Shown: piece after piece, positions 46,840 to 58,443 of the stretch
How positions within the stretch are numbered: the first letter of the stretch is position 1
Layout: each line of letters starts with the position of its first letter
Source: Alphaproteobacteria bacterium
Lineage (GTDB): Bacteria; Pseudomonadota; Alphaproteobacteria; DATDPM01
DNA: 64,000 nucleotides
Assembly (NCBI GenBank): GCA_041479345.1
Contig: JBGOXX010000001.1
Location: 1,209 to 65,208, forward strand
Reading direction: 5' to 3'
The notes under the pieces: model-generated
Told to the model about the DNA's origin: nothing
What the model saw: the letters and a program-made list of their open reading frames with translations, nothing else
Databases searched by the model: none
Program-made: the position numbers and the translations under genes

Positions 46840-47699
46840 GCCGCGGCTCCCTCGCTTGTCGCGTAGTCGCGGTAGAGTTCTTGAAGCCGGCGCGTGACGG
46901 GGCCGGGGGCTCCGTCGCTGACGGAATCACCGTCGATTTTCACCACCGGCGTCACATAGGCGGTGGTGCTGGTCAAAAAGGCTTCGCGCGCGGCTTTGGC
47001 TTCGGCGACGGTGAATGGGCGCTCGACCAGTTTCACTTGGGCTTCGTGAGCGATTTTGACCAACGAGTTGCGGGTAACGCCGCTTAAGATCGTTTGATCG
47101 GTTTTGCGGGTGATGAGCTCCCCCGCCGCGGTCACGATCCAAACATTGGTCGAGGTCCCCTCGGTCACATACCCATCGTCGCCGACCATCAAGGCCTCGA
47201 ACACGCCGGCCTCGGCCGCCTGCTGCTTGCCCAGCACATTGGGCAGCAAAGCGACGGTCTTGATGTCGCAGCGCTTCCAGCGGATGTCGGGAATCGTAAT
47301 GACGGCAACGCCCTTGCGCTGGGCCGCCTCGCTCGCCGGCTTCGATCGTTTTGCGGTCACCACCAGGGAGGGTGCAACCCCTTTGGGAAAGACATGATCG
47401 CGGGGCGCCACGCCGCGATTGACTTGAAGATAGACGATGCCGTTGTGTACGCCATTGCGCCGCAATACTTCACGCACGATCTGGCGCAGCGCGGTGCGCG
47501 CCACCGGCCAGGCGATCGAAAGCGCCTTCAGCGAGCGGTCAAGCCGGTCCCAATGCGGCTCTTCATCGAGCAAATTACCGCTCGAAACGCCGACGACTTC
47601 ATAAACGCCGTCGGCAAATTGGAATCCGCGATCTTCGATATGAACCTGGGCGTGGCGGTGCGGCACGTAGCGGCCGTTCACATAAGCGATGCGCGACAT
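46836..47699 (-). CDS. class IV aminotransferase (D-amino-acid / branched-chain aminotransferase fold)
   Basis: EDRGFQFADGVYEV motif and a PLP-Lys region. It overlaps the HAD start by 4 nt. Confidence 0.8.
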   Translation of the reverse strand: MSRIAYVNGRYVPHRHAQVHIEDRGFQFADGVYEVVGVSSGNLLDEEPHWDRLDRSLKALSIAWPVARTALRQIVREVLRRNGVHNGIVYLQVNRGVAPRDHVFPKGVAPSLVVTAKRSKPASEAAQRKGVAVITIPDIRWKRCDIKTVALLPNVLGKQQAAEAGVFEALMVGDDGYVTEGTSTNVWIVTAAGELITRKTDQTILSGVTRNSLVKIAHEAQVKLVERPFTVAEAKAAREAFLTSTTAYVTPVVKIDGDSVSDGAPGPVTRRLQELYRDYATSEGAAA

Positions 47700-47714
47700 G
47701 AGATTTCCGATTGA

Positions 47715-49091
47715 TTAGAAATATTCGAGCCTGACCGAGAACATTTTTTCGATCTTCTTCACCGCCTCGGCCCCGGCAAAGAGCACGATGCGATCCCCCG
47801 TCTTGATCACCGTATCGCCGCGCGGGATGATCACGTCCTCGCCGCGCACCAAAGCGCCGATGACGACGCCGATCGGAAGATCGATGTCTTTGAGCGGATT
47901 GCCGACCAGCGGCGAAGTCTCAAGCGCATCGCCTTCGATGACTTCGCCAACCCCTTCGCCCAGGGAATGCACGGAACGGATGCGGCCGCGCCGGACGTGC
48001 TGAAGAATCGTCGAGACGGTGATCGCCCGCGGACTGACCGCGACATCGATACCGAGATTCGTAATCAGCGGCCCAAACACCGGATTGTTGATCAGCGCCA
48101 CCGCCCGCCGGCATCCCTGGCGCTTCGCAAGCAGTGCTGCCAGCACATTGACCTCGTCGTCGTTGGTAACGAGGACGATGGTTTCGGCGTTATGCACATT
48201 CGCTTCGGCAAGAATATTGGAGTCGAGCACGTCGCCGACCAAGACCGTGGTCCGCGACAGCGCTTGGCTGGCTCGCTCCGCCGCCAACCGATTCGATTCG
48301 ACGACCTTCACATTGGCGCCCGGCTGGCTGGCTTCGATCGATTGGGCGAGGAAAATGCCGATATTGCCGGCGCCGACGATGACCACCCGGCGCGCCTCGG
48401 GCTCTTCATGTCCAAATGCCGCCATCACCCGCGACACGTGTTCGCTATCGACCGCAAAATAGACGTCGTCGCCAGCCAGCATCTGGGATTCGCCGCTGAC
48501 AAAAAGCGGCTGGCCTTGGCGCAAAATGACGAGGATCGCGATGTTGAGATCCGGAAACAGGCCGGTCAATTGCCGCAGCGGCGTGTTGATGAGCGGACAA
48601 TCCGCGCCGCAACGCACGCCGATCACCCGCACCTTGCCGTCAATCAGCGGAATCATTTCGAACGAACCCGGAGCTTGAAGGCGGCGGGCGATGGCGCGCG
48701 CGATTTCGATCTCGGGCGAAATAATCACGTCGATCGCCATGTGATCGCGGCTGAACAAATTGCCCCATGCCGGATCCAAATAGCTTTGATGCCGGACGCG
48801 GGCGATCTTCGTCGGCACGTTGAACAAGGAATGGGCGACCTGACAGGCCACCATATTGATTTCATCGTCCTTGGTGACGGCAATCAGCATGTCGGCGTCG
48901 GCGGCACCGGCCCGTTCCAAGACTTCGGGATGGGAAGCGAAGCCGACGATCCCCTGCACATCGAGCGAATCGCCGATCTTGCCGATCAGTTCGGGCGACT
49001 GGTCAATCACGACGACGTCGTTCTCTTCGGCAGCCAAATGGCGCGCAATGCTGGTGCCGACCTGTCCGGCCCCGCAAATGATGAATTTCAT
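47715..49091 (-). CDS. trkA: Trk system potassium uptake protein TrkA (two tandem RCK/NAD-binding modules)
   Basis: MKFIICGAGQVG Rossmann start, duplicated RCK_N/RCK_C architecture, 458 aa. Confidence 0.9.
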   Translation of the reverse strand: MKFIICGAGQVGTSIARHLAAEENDVVVIDQSPELIGKIGDSLDVQGIVGFASHPEVLERAGAADADMLIAVTKDDEINMVACQVAHSLFNVPTKIARVRHQSYLDPAWGNLFSRDHMAIDVIISPEIEIARAIARRLQAPGSFEMIPLIDGKVRVIGVRCGADCPLINTPLRQLTGLFPDLNIAILVILRQGQPLFVSGESQMLAGDDVYFAVDSEHVSRVMAAFGHEEPEARRVVIVGAGNIGIFLAQSIEASQPGANVKVVESNRLAAERASQALSRTTVLVGDVLDSNILAEANVHNAETIVLVTNDDEVNVLAALLAKRQGCRRAVALINNPVFGPLITNLGIDVAVSPRAITVSTILQHVRRGRIRSVHSLGEGVGEVIEGDALETSPLVGNPLKDIDLPIGVVIGALVRGEDVIIPRGDTVIKTGDRIVLFAGAEAVKKIEKMFSVRLEYF

Positions 49092-49182
49092 GACCTGTGC
49101 TCTTTCGGCAAGTTTCGTTCGATGGCCGTCAATTCGGCGGGATTAGGCCCTTGGTAGCGCAAGCGGTTCAACCGTTCAAACT

Positions 49183-50589
49183 CTAACTATTCAAATTTTG
49201 CGGCCGTTCGGCCTGGTGGAGGCCGAGCGATTTGAGCTTGCGATGGAGCGCGGACCGTTCCATGCCGACAAAGGCCGCGGTACGCGAGATATTACCGCCA
49301 AAGCGCATGACTTGCGCGGTCAGATATTCGCGCTCGAAGACTTCGCGGGCTTCCCGCAAGGGGAGCGTCATGATCTCGCTGCCCCGCTCCCATTGCAGGA
49401 CCGTCGGGGTTATGCCGCTGATTTCAGGCGGCAGCATATCGCTGCGAATCGGCTCCGTCGCATCCCCCGGCGCCATGATGAGCAGCCAATCGATGACATT
49501 GCGCAGCTGCCGGACATTTCCTTTCCACTCATAACTTTGCAGCGCCGCCATCGCATCTTCGCCGATCTCGCGTGCCGGCATTCCCGCCGCCTCCGCCGAA
49601 CGGCGCATGAAATGGCGCGCCAGCAAAGGGATATCCTCGCGCCGGTCGGTCAAGGCCGGGACGCGGATCGGGACGACGCTTAACCGGTAAAACAGATCCT
49701 CGCGGAAATTGCCCTGAGCCATCTCCTCGGTCAGATCGCGATTGGACGACGAAATAACCCGCACATCGACCTCCACGGCATCGGTTCCTCCGACCCGCTG
49801 AAAAGTTTGCTCCTGAAGCGCACGCACGATCTTGCCTTGGGTTTCCAGCGGCATGTCGGCGACTTCGTCCAGGAAAAGCGTCCCGCCATGCGCTTGTTCG
49901 AAAGTGCCGATCTTGCGCGGCGATTCGGGACCTTCGACTCCGGCCTCGATCCCGAAGAGCTCCTGCTCCAATCGATCGGGCCTCATCGTTGCGCAATTCA
50001 ACACGACGAACGGGCCCGAAGCGCGTTTGGACCGGGTATGAAGCATGCGCGCGACGACCTCTTTACCGGCACCCGCCAGACCGGTAATGAGAACCCGGCT
50101 TCCGGTCGGAGCCACGCGCTCCACCATTTGTCGCAGTTGATTGATCGCCGAAGATTGACCGATCAATTCCGCTTCCGCGCCGACGCGGAGCCGGAGCTCC
50201 TCATTTTCGCGCCGAAGCCTTGCCGCCTCGATGGCGCGCTCGACAACCAGAAGCAGCCGGTCCGCCTTGAAGGGTTTTTCGATGAAATCGTAAGCGCCCT
50301 TCTTGATGGCGGCGACCGCGGTTTCGATCGTTCCGTGACCGCTGATCATCACCACGGGCACGGCCGGGTGTTCTTTTTTAATCACGTCCAGAAGTTCGAT
50401 GCCGTCGAGCTCGCTGCCTTGCAGCCAAATATCGAGAATGACCAGGCTGGGCCGCTGGGAGCGGATGGCAGCGAGTGCGCTCGTACTGTCCGCCGCTTCC
50501 CGCGTCTCGAATTCCTCGTCGGCGAGCACGCCCGACATCAAGATGCGATTGTCGGACTCGTCGTCAACGATAAGAATGTCATGAGCCAT
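49183..50589 (-). CDS. ntrX: sigma-54-dependent response regulator NtrX
   Basis: REC (ILIVDDESDNR), AAA+ (GLAGAGKE, EQELFGIEAG) and a C-terminal HTH. Located in the ntrYX-trkA synteny. Confidence 0.85.
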   Translation of the reverse strand: MAHDILIVDDESDNRILMSGVLADEEFETREAADSTSALAAIRSQRPSLVILDIWLQGSELDGIELLDVIKKEHPAVPVVMISGHGTIETAVAAIKKGAYDFIEKPFKADRLLLVVERAIEAARLRRENEELRLRVGAEAELIGQSSAINQLRQMVERVAPTGSRVLITGLAGAGKEVVARMLHTRSKRASGPFVVLNCATMRPDRLEQELFGIEAGVEGPESPRKIGTFEQAHGGTLFLDEVADMPLETQGKIVRALQEQTFQRVGGTDAVEVDVRVISSSNRDLTEEMAQGNFREDLFYRLSVVPIRVPALTDRREDIPLLARHFMRRSAEAAGMPAREIGEDAMAALQSYEWKGNVRQLRNVIDWLLIMAPGDATEPIRSDMLPPEISGITPTVLQWERGSEIMTLPLREAREVFEREYLTAQVMRFGGNISRTAAFVGMERSALHRKLKSLGLHQAERPQNLNS

Positions 50590-52903
50590 GAGCGGCGGTC
50601 CTCAAGGATTCCGGCCTTTGGGAATCGGCTTGTTCGCTCTCGCCGGCTTCCGCCAATCTGGCAAAAACCATACGGACTCGGGCGCCGCCGCCGTCGCGAT
50701 CGGAGAGGATCAAATCGCCCCCGTGATCCTCCATGATCTTCTTCACGATCGCGAGACCAAGCCCCGTGCCCTTCGCCCGCGTCGTGACATAAGGTTCGGT
50801 CAAGCGCTCGCGATGGGCGGCTGGGAAACCCGGCCCGTTATCCTCGATGTCCACGATCATGCGTCCGCCTTCCCGCGCGATATGCAGCCAAACCCGGCCG
50901 TCGCGTTCGCCTTGGCCTGCCCCCTCGAGGGCTTCCGCCGCGTTCTGCAAAAGATTGGTAAGCGCCTGGCCGATTTGGCGGCCGTCACAGCGGACCGAGA
51001 CCGATTCTTCGGGAATGTCGCAGGAAAACGCGATCTTCGGATAGGCGTTCTGTTGCAGAAACACGGCGCGCCGGCACATATCCGCCAAATCCGATTCCTC
51101 CATGACCGGTGCCGGCATCCGGGCAAAGGACGAAAACTCGTCGACCATCCGCCCGATGTCGCCCACCTGGCGGACGATCGTATCGGTGCAGATGATGAAA
51201 GTTTCCGGATCCGATTTGATTTCGCGCAGGTATTTGCGTTTCAGCCGCTCCGCCGACAATTGAATGGGCGTCAGCGGGTTCTTGATCTCGTGGGCGATGC
51301 GCCGCGCAACATCGGCCCAGGCGGCCTTGCGCTGGGCCGACAGCAATTCGGTCACGTCGTCGAAGGTGACAACGAAGCCTTTGACGACGCCGTCGGCTTT
51401 TTCGGTTGCGATGCGCACCAGGAGCGTCCGCACCCGCCCGCCCGGCATGACGGTGATCTGGGATTCCGCGATGCGGTCCGAGCGGCGCTTCGCCTTACGG
51501 AGCAACCCTGCCATTTCCGGAACGACTTCGGAAAGGTCTGCCCCGATTTTCCGGTCCAATGGAATGCCCAGCAATTTCGAGGCCGAGCGATTCGGAAGAT
51601 TGATGCGCCCATCCTTGTCCAAGCCGATGACGCCGGCCGAAACGCCGGATAGCACCGTTTCCGTAAATCGGCGCCGCATATCGAGCTGGCTGTTCGCTTC
51701 GACCAATTCGGTGCGCTGCTCTTCGAGCTGGCTGGTCATGCGATTGAATGCGCGGCTGAGCGTTCCAAGTTCATCGTTCTGCGGCCCTTCATCAACACGC
51801 GCGGTCAAATCTCCCGACCGCACCTGTTCGGCCGCGGTCACCAAGCGCGTGATCGGGCGCGCCAATTGGGTCGCCAGCATCAGGCCGACGAGCACCGCGG
51901 CCAACAAAATCAGCAACGCGACGACGACGAAGATCATGACGAAGGTCAATTGCAAACCCGAACGCTGCCCTTCCAATTTCTGGTATGTGCTGACCGCGCT
52001 TTGGGTCGCCTGCATGTGGGCGATGACCTTCGGATCGACGAAGCGGCCGACATAAAGATACATGTCATTGACCTGGTTGAGTTTGACCAGCGCCCGCACG
52101 CGATCGTCGCTGGCGCCGGTCAGGATGGCCACGTCTCGGGTGTTGGCGGTGTCGATCGCATCATAAGGTGGCTGTTCGAATTCGAGGGCGAAGCTGAAGC
52201 CCGCATGGGCGATCACATGCCCGTTGCCGTTGTAGTAGTAGAATACCACCGCCTCGGAGAGCGACCGCAGCGACGCTTCTTCGTTCAGGACTTGAGTCAG
52301 CGCTTTCGGGCTCCCCAACAGGGTCGGCTCACGACCGATGAGATCGGCGATCGAGAGAACGTCAGAGCGGATATTTTCTTTGTGTTCGCGAAGATAAGCC
52401 TCGGCCACCGCGAGCGATTCGTTGACCGCCGTGCTCACCCTCTTGTCGAACCAGGATTGAACGCCAAGATCGAAAAACAGCGCGAAGAAGACCGACATGA
52501 TGATGGCCGGCGTTGCCGCGACCAAGCCGAACATCAAGACAAGACGGGTGTGCAGCCGCGACCCCGCGGAGCCCCGTCGCCGCGCCGCCCAGATCGCAAC
52601 GATGCGTCTCGCCACGACAATGGCAAGCACCAGGAGAAGAACGAGATCGGCAATCAAGATGCCGAGCACCAGACTCGGATCGGTCTCGGAGAGCCCTGAG
52701 CTGGTGAAGACGGCATAGGTAGCGATACCCATGCCGGCAGCCGCCAGCATCAAGAAGAACATGAATTTGCGGGCGAGTCCGATGCGCTCCGCCCAAGCCT
52801 CGAGGCGGCGCAACCATAACCAGATGCGCGAGGCTCCCCCCGCTTCGTCCGTGGTACCGCTCATCATCGCATAATCCGGAATCGCGCGCCCGGGTTGAAA
52901 CAA
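50579..52903 (-). CDS. ntrY: sensor histidine kinase NtrY
   Basis: N-terminal TM region, HAMP, PAS, the H-box [12 protein letters not shown] and HATPase_c. Its 3' end overlaps the ntrX start by 11 nt. Confidence 0.85.
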   Translation of the reverse strand: MFQPGRAIPDYAMMSGTTDEAGGASRIWLWLRRLEAWAERIGLARKFMFFLMLAAAGMGIATYAVFTSSGLSETDPSLVLGILIADLVLLLVLAIVVARRIVAIWAARRRGSAGSRLHTRLVLMFGLVAATPAIIMSVFFALFFDLGVQSWFDKRVSTAVNESLAVAEAYLREHKENIRSDVLSIADLIGREPTLLGSPKALTQVLNEEASLRSLSEAVVFYYYNGNGHVIAHAGFSFALEFEQPPYDAIDTANTRDVAILTGASDDRVRALVKLNQVNDMYLYVGRFVDPKVIAHMQATQSAVSTYQKLEGQRSGLQLTFVMIFVVVALLILLAAVLVGLMLATQLARPITRLVTAAEQVRSGDLTARVDEGPQNDELGTLSRAFNRMTSQLEEQRTELVEANSQLDMRRRFTETVLSGVSAGVIGLDKDGRINLPNRSASKLLGIPLDRKIGADLSEVVPEMAGLLRKAKRRSDRIAESQITVMPGGRVRTLLVRIATEKADGVVKGFVVTFDDVTELLSAQRKAAWADVARRIAHEIKNPLTPIQLSAERLKRKYLREIKSDPETFIICTDTIVRQVGDIGRMVDEFSSFARMPAPVMEESDLADMCRRAVFLQQNAYPKIAFSCDIPEESVSVRCDGRQIGQALTNLLQNAAEALEGAGQGERDGRVWLHIAREGGRMIVDIEDNGPGFPAAHRERLTEPYVTTRAKGTGLGLAIVKKIMEDHGGDLILSDRDGGGARVRMVFARLAEAGESEQADSQRPESLRTAAHGS

Positions 52904-52946
52904 TCGCCCAATCCCGCGGAAATCCGCGGGCGGGCGCTAAAGAGGC

Positions 52947-54392
52947 TTATTTTATGCCTCGTACGACGCGGATGTCCAATTCGCGAATCCGCTTGCGCAG
53001 GGTATTGCGGTTGACGCCCAGCAATTGCGCGGCCTTGATTTGGTTTCCGCGCGTTGCCTCCAACGTCAAGGAAATGAGCGGGCGCTCCACTTCCTTCAGA
53101 ATACGGCCGTGGAGACCGGCCGCCGGCAAGGCATTTTTATGCGCGCCGAAATAGTCGCGGAGGTGGCGTTCGACCGCGGCGCCGAGGGAATCCGCTTCGA
53201 TGGCGCCTGCCGGCCGGATCGGCGGCAAGGCTTCGGCAAGCTCCGCTTCGATGGCATCCACCCCGATGACTTCCTGCGAATAGAGTGCCGCCAAACGGCG
53301 CACCAGGTTTTCGAGTTCGCGGACATTACCCGGCCAGCGATAGCTCCGCAGCCGCTCGAGCGCCGCTCCGTCGAGCCTCTTTGACGGCAATCCTTCGGCC
53401 AACGCTTGCGCCAAGAAGTGACGGACCAGGGCGGGAATGTCATCGGTCCGTTCGCGCAAGGGTGGCACGCGAATCGGCACGACATTGAGGCGATAGAATA
53501 AATCTTCGCGGAACAGTCCCTGATCGATGAGCTGCCGCAGATCGCGGTGGGTGGCAGCGATGATGCGCACATTGGCCCGGATCGGCGTGCGCCCGCCCAC
53601 GGTCATGTACTCGCCGGACTGCAGAACGCGCAGCAGCCGGGTTTGCGCATCGAGCGGCATGTCGCCGATCTCATCGAGGAATAGCGTTCCGCCCTCGCCT
53701 TGCTCGAAGCGTCCCGAACTGCGGGAAGCAGCGCCGGTGAACGCGCCCTTCTCGTGGCCGAACAGTTCGCTCTCGATCAGCTCGCGGGGAATCGCCGCCA
53801 TATTGACCGCAATAAAGGGCCCATTGCGCCGCTTGCCGTAATCATGGAGCGCCCGGGCGACCAATTCTTTGCCCGTTCCCGATTCTCCGGCGATCATTAC
53901 GGTCAAGTCGGTTCCCATCAACCGCGCCAAGACCCGGTAGATTTCCTGCATCGCCGGCGAGCGGCCGATCAGCGGCAGCTGCTCTTCGCCTTCTTCGCGG
54001 TCCATTTCCTCTTCGGCGGAGGGCCGCCGCTCGGTGAGTGCTCGCCGCACCATGCCGATGAGCTCGTTCAGATCGAAGGGTTTCGGCAAATATTCAAAGG
54101 CCCCGCGCTCGGTCGCCTTGACCGCCGTCAGCAGCGTGTTCTGCGCGCTCATCGCGATGATGCGTAGGTCCGGCCGGATCTTGCGGATGCGCGGAATAAG
54201 ATCGAGGCCGTTCTCGTCCGGCATGATGACGTCGGTGATGACGAGATCGCCCTGCCCGTCGGCAATCCAGCGCCACAAGGTTGCGGCATTGCCGGTGGTC
54301 CGCACTTCGTAACCGACCCGCGCCAGCGCCTGTTCGAGAACGGTCCGGATCGCGCGATCGTCGTCGGCAATCAAAATCGTGGCTGTACTCAT
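52947..54392 (-). CDS. ntrC: nitrogen regulation protein NR(I) NtrC
   Basis: REC, sigma-54 AAA+ ([23 protein letters not shown]) and a Fis-type HTH. Confidence 0.9.
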   Translation of the reverse strand: MSTATILIADDDRAIRTVLEQALARVGYEVRTTGNAATLWRWIADGQGDLVITDVIMPDENGLDLIPRIRKIRPDLRIIAMSAQNTLLTAVKATERGAFEYLPKPFDLNELIGMVRRALTERRPSAEEEMDREEGEEQLPLIGRSPAMQEIYRVLARLMGTDLTVMIAGESGTGKELVARALHDYGKRRNGPFIAVNMAAIPRELIESELFGHEKGAFTGAASRSSGRFEQGEGGTLFLDEIGDMPLDAQTRLLRVLQSGEYMTVGGRTPIRANVRIIAATHRDLRQLIDQGLFREDLFYRLNVVPIRVPPLRERTDDIPALVRHFLAQALAEGLPSKRLDGAALERLRSYRWPGNVRELENLVRRLAALYSQEVIGVDAIEAELAEALPPIRPAGAIEADSLGAAVERHLRDYFGAHKNALPAAGLHGRILKEVERPLISLTLEATRGNQIKAAQLLGVNRNTLRKRIRELDIRVVRGIK

Positions 54393-55537
54393 TGCGCCCC
54401 GCCTTGCTCGACAAACATCGGCAGCCGCACGCGGAAGATGGTGCGGCGCGGCTGGCTGTCGAATTCAATAACACCGCCGTGGTCGTTGATGATCTTGGCG
54501 ACGAGCGCCAAGCCGAGCCCAGTTCCTCCGGCCTTGGTGGTCACGAAGGCATCGAACAGGCAGGAATGCAGATCGTCGGGAATTCCGTCGCCGTTGTCCT
54601 GAACGCTGACCATCAGCGGCAGATCCATTCGCGTCGCACTTCCGGGCACGGCCATCCGCACGCCGTGCTGATAGGCCGTCGACAGCACGATCTCGCCGCC
54701 CTTTTTCGGCGCCGCCTCGGCCGCGTTCTTGACCAGATTGAGAAGGACTTGGATCAATTGGTCCCGGTTGCCGTGCACCGGCGGCAGCGAAGGGTCGTAG
54801 TTCTCGATGAAGCGCATGCCGCGGGCAAACCCGGATTCGCCGAGCCGGCGAACATGTTCCAGCACGCGATGAATGTTTACCGCCCCCCGTTCGATGCCGC
54901 GCTTTTCGGAAAACACTTCCATCCGATCGACCAGCGCACAAATCCGATCCGCCTCGTCACAAATGAGCTCGGTCAGTTTCTTGTCCGGCGCCGGCGCGTT
55001 CTGTTCGAGGAGCTGGGCAGCGCCCCGGATGCCGGAGAGTGGATTTTTGATTTCATGAGCCAAAACCGCCGCCATGCCGGTCACCGACCGGGCGGCGCTG
55101 CGATGGGTCAATTGATGATCGATCTTGTCCGTAATCGACCGTTCGCGGAGAGTCACGATGACGGAATCGGGCATCTCTGGCACCGGCGAAACCTGGATCG
55201 TCACGAAGCGGTCACCGATTCGCGGCGTTGCGATCGTCACGCCATATTCGAAGACGCTGTGCCCCCCTTCATGCACTTGCGAAACCAGGGACAGAAGCGG
55301 GCTGTCGGACGGGACGAGATCTTGAAGCTGCTTGGCGCATAATTGCTCGGCGCTCGCCGCAAAGAAATTTTCCGCGGCGAAATTGGCGTATTGAACGGCG
55401 CCGGCCTCGCCGACCACCAGCACCGGATCGGGAAGCGCGTTGAGAATGGAGAGAATATTCGACCCCGGCAAATCGCCGCGCAGTCGCCGGCCGAATGGCG
55501 TGATCGTGCTCGCCCTGACGCCGTTTCGAGCCATCAC
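54389..55537 (-). CDS. ntrB: nitrogen regulation protein NR(II) NtrB histidine kinase
   Basis: PAS domain, the H-box [19 protein letters not shown] and HATPase_c. It overlaps ntrC by 4 nt. Confidence 0.85.
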   Translation of the reverse strand: MMARNGVRASTITPFGRRLRGDLPGSNILSILNALPDPVLVVGEAGAVQYANFAAENFFAASAEQLCAKQLQDLVPSDSPLLSLVSQVHEGGHSVFEYGVTIATPRIGDRFVTIQVSPVPEMPDSVIVTLRERSITDKIDHQLTHRSAARSVTGMAAVLAHEIKNPLSGIRGAAQLLEQNAPAPDKKLTELICDEADRICALVDRMEVFSEKRGIERGAVNIHRVLEHVRRLGESGFARGMRFIENYDPSLPPVHGNRDQLIQVLLNLVKNAAEAAPKKGGEIVLSTAYQHGVRMAVPGSATRMDLPLMVSVQDNGDGIPDDLHSCLFDAFVTTKAGGTGLGLALVAKIINDHGGVIEFDSQPRRTIFRVRLPMFVEQGGAQ

Positions 55538-56517
55538 GCGGCCTCGCGCGCCAAAGGTTCGAAGAAATCCGCAATCTTCCGTTTCAATGCCGCCGCTTCG
55601 CCGATGGCATTGACCTCAGCCCGGAACTCGGCCGAGCCGGGCAGGCCCTTGCAGTACCAGCCGATATGCTTGCGGGCGATTCGCACCCCGGTGTGCTCGC
55701 CGTAATGGCTCAGCATGTCGTCGAGATGGCTGCGTAAGATTTGGTATTGCTCGGCGAGGGGCGGATCGGCCAGGCGCTCGCCGGTTTCCAGAAACCGGCT
55801 CACTTGCTTCAGAAACCAGGGCCGGCCATAGGCGCCGCGCCCGATCATCACGCCGTCCGCACCGGATTGTTCGAGGCAGGCTTTGGCTTCTTCGAGAGTC
55901 GTGATGTCGCCATTGGCGATCACCGGAATTGAAACCGATTCTTTGACTTCGCGAATGAAACTCCAATCGGCGCGGCCCTGATACATCTGGCAGCGCGTGC
56001 GGCCGTGAACCGTCAGCATTTTGATGCCGGAGGCTTCGGCGATTTTCGCGAGCTTCGGCGCGTTGCGATTCTGGTCGTCCCATCCGGTGCGCATTTTCAG
56101 CGTCACCGGCAGAGTCACCGCATTCACCGTCGCTTCGAGGATTCGCGCCGCCTTGAGTTCGTCGCGCATCAAGGCGGAGCCGGCTTCGCCGTTCACCACC
56201 TTTTTCACCGGGCAGCCCATATTGATATCGATCAGAGCCGCCCCCCGGTCCGCGTTGAGTTTGGCGGCGGTACCCATCACGTCCGGCTCGCAACCGGCGA
56301 GTTGCACCGCCATCGGAAATTCTTCCGGCTCATTGGCGGCCATGCGAAGCGTCTTGGCGTTCTGGCGAACCATCGCCTCGCTCGCGATCATCTCGGAAAC
56401 CACCAACGCGGCGCCCTGGCGCTTCACCAGACGCCGGAACGGCAGGTCGGTGACGCCGGACATCGGCGCAAGGATTACCCCATTGGTTAGGCGCAAGGGC
56501 CCGACCGCAATGCTCAT
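55534..56517 (-). CDS. dusB: tRNA-dihydrouridine synthase B (NifR3)
   Basis: Dus TIM-barrel motifs ([23 protein letters not shown]). Located upstream of ntrBC, as is classic. Confidence 0.9.
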   Translation of the reverse strand: MSIAVGPLRLTNGVILAPMSGVTDLPFRRLVKRQGAALVVSEMIASEAMVRQNAKTLRMAANEPEEFPMAVQLAGCEPDVMGTAAKLNADRGAALIDINMGCPVKKVVNGEAGSALMRDELKAARILEATVNAVTLPVTLKMRTGWDDQNRNAPKLAKIAEASGIKMLTVHGRTRCQMYQGRADWSFIREVKESVSIPVIANGDITTLEEAKACLEQSGADGVMIGRGAYGRPWFLKQVSRFLETGERLADPPLAEQYQILRSHLDDMLSHYGEHTGVRIARKHIGWYCKGLPGSAEFRAEVNAIGEAAALKRKIADFFEPLAREAA

Positions 56518-56770
56518 TTTTAAGGCTCTCGGTGATGCCTGATTACGGAATAGGCAGTGTACCCTGGCTGATAGGCCAGTTTCAACCGCCCGTCGACTTT
56601 ATCCGAAATCAGGCATTGCCAGGCGGAAAGATCCAGGATGGGCGGGCCCTCCGGCCAAAAACATCCGGGAAAAACAAGGGTCAATACCCTTTGGCAGGGC
56701 CTGGCACCCCTTGGCAAGGATCGGAGGGATGTCTAGGTTGGGCGCCCGAACATTTCTTGCAGGATTCGCA

Positions 56771-57925
56771 ATGCCCGGAAACGTGGCTCTCGTGGTCGCC
56801 GCCGGCCGCGGCCAGAGGCTCGGTTCTTCTACTCCGAAGCAGTATCTGCCGCTCGCCGGCGAACCTCTCTTGCGCTACAGCCTCGCTGCCTTTGCCTCCC
56901 ATCCGTCGATTGCGGCGGTTGCGGCGGTGATCGCACCGGAAGACCGCGCCCTTTATGACCGTGCCGCCGACGGACTGACGCTGTTGCCGCCGGTCATGGG
57001 CGGCGCCACACGGCAGGAATCGGTGCGCAACGGCCTCGAAGCGCTGAGCCAGCGCGACCCCGAACGTATTCTCATTCACGACGCCGCCCGGCCCTTCATC
57101 GATCACGACACCATTGGCCGGGTCTTGGACGCGCTTGATTCGGCGGCGGCGGCGATTGCCGCGGTCCCCGTTGCCGACACCTTGAAGCGCGGCGAAAACG
57201 GTCGGGTCGCCGGGACCGTCGAACGGAACGGGCTTTGGCGCGCCCAAACGCCCCAAGGTTTTCATTATCGCGCTATTCTCGAAGCGCATCGGCGATTTTC
57301 ACAATCCGAAGCGACCGATGACGCGATGCTGGCGGAAAAAGCCGGAATGGCGGTAGCGCTGGTCATGGGAAGCGAGGAGAATTTCAAAGTGACGACGAGT
57401 GATGATTTACGCCGCGCCGAACGTTTCGCCTCGGCCGGCGACGTGCGCACGGGGCTTGGGTTCGATGCCCATCGGTTTTCGCCCGGCGATCATCTTTGGC
57501 TTTGTGGAATCAAAATTCCTTTCGACCGCACGCTATCGGGGCACTCCGACGCGGATGTCGGATTGCATGCCGCGACCGACGCCCTTCTCGGCGCCATTGG
57601 TGCTGGCGATATCGGGGTGCATTTCCCGCCCAGCGACGATAAATGGCGCGGGGCGCCCTCACACAAATTCCTGCGCTTTGCCGCGGACAAAATTGCGGAG
57701 CAAGGCGGCTCGATTCTCAATCTCGATGTGACGCTCATCTGCGAACAGCCGCGCATCGGGCCGCACCGCGACGCCATGGTTTCGCGCATCGCGGAAATCC
57801 TCGGCGTTCCGGCGGCGCGAGTCAGCGTCAAGGCCACGACGACCGAGGGCATGGGCTTTACCGGAAGGGGCGACGGCATCGCCGCACAAGCGGTCGCCGC
57901 GGTGCGCCTGCCCTTTCCGCGATGA
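56771..57925 (+). CDS. ispDF: bifunctional 2-C-methyl-D-erythritol 4-phosphate cytidylyltransferase / 2,4-cyclodiphosphate synthase
   Basis: IspD motif VVAAGRGQRLG and IspF motif GHSDADVGLHA. ATG at 56771. Confidence 0.9.
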   Translation: MPGNVALVVAAGRGQRLGSSTPKQYLPLAGEPLLRYSLAAFASHPSIAAVAAVIAPEDRALYDRAADGLTLLPPVMGGATRQESVRNGLEALSQRDPERILIHDAARPFIDHDTIGRVLDALDSAAAAIAAVPVADTLKRGENGRVAGTVERNGLWRAQTPQGFHYRAILEAHRRFSQSEATDDAMLAEKAGMAVALVMGSEENFKVTTSDDLRRAERFASAGDVRTGLGFDAHRFSPGDHLWLCGIKIPFDRTLSGHSDADVGLHAATDALLGAIGAGDIGVHFPPSDDKWRGAPSHKFLRFAADKIAEQGGSILNLDVTLICEQPRIGPHRDAMVSRIAEILGVPAARVSVKATTTEGMGFTGRGDGIAAQAVAAVRLPFPR

Positions 57926-58443
57926 CTCCGCGGCCGCCTACCGGCATAGCGGTGCTCCATCCGGCATGGCTGTTGGCAACCTGGTTCGGCGCCGGACTCG
58001 TTCCCAAAGCGCCGGGAACACTCGCCTCACTTGCCGCGTTGCCTTTCGCCTGGGTCATTCAATCGCAATTCGGCGCGACCGGTTTAACGGCCGCCGCCGT
58101 CATCGCGACCGCGATCGGATTGTGGGCCTGTAGCCGGCTCATCACGCCCACGAGCACCGACGATCCCGGGCACGTCGTGATCGATGAAGTGGCCGGGCAA
58201 TGGCTGACTCTTGCACCGGTGGCGGCAATGGCGCCGCTGCCGGATTACGTGTCTTATGCGACGGGGTTCGTATTGTTCCGCCTCTTCGATATCTTGAAGC
58301 CCTTCCCCGTGGGTTGGGCCGAGCGGCGATTTAAGGGTGCGCTTGGCATCATGGCGGACGATATCTTCGCCGCGGTTTATGCCGGCATCGGGACCGGTTT
58401 CATCTATGCTTATTCCCATGGCCTCGGACCTTTTTCCGCATAA
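57922..58443 (+). CDS. pgpA: phosphatidylglycerophosphatase A
   Basis: PgpA core (GAGLVPKAPGT...DE...G). The ATGA overlap with the ispDF stop is at 57922-57925. Confidence 0.8.
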   Translation: MTPRPPTGIAVLHPAWLLATWFGAGLVPKAPGTLASLAALPFAWVIQSQFGATGLTAAAVIATAIGLWACSRLITPTSTDDPGHVVIDEVAGQWLTLAPVAAMAPLPDYVSYATGFVLFRLFDILKPFPVGWAERRFKGALGIMADDIFAAVYAGIGTGFIYAYSHGLGPFSA

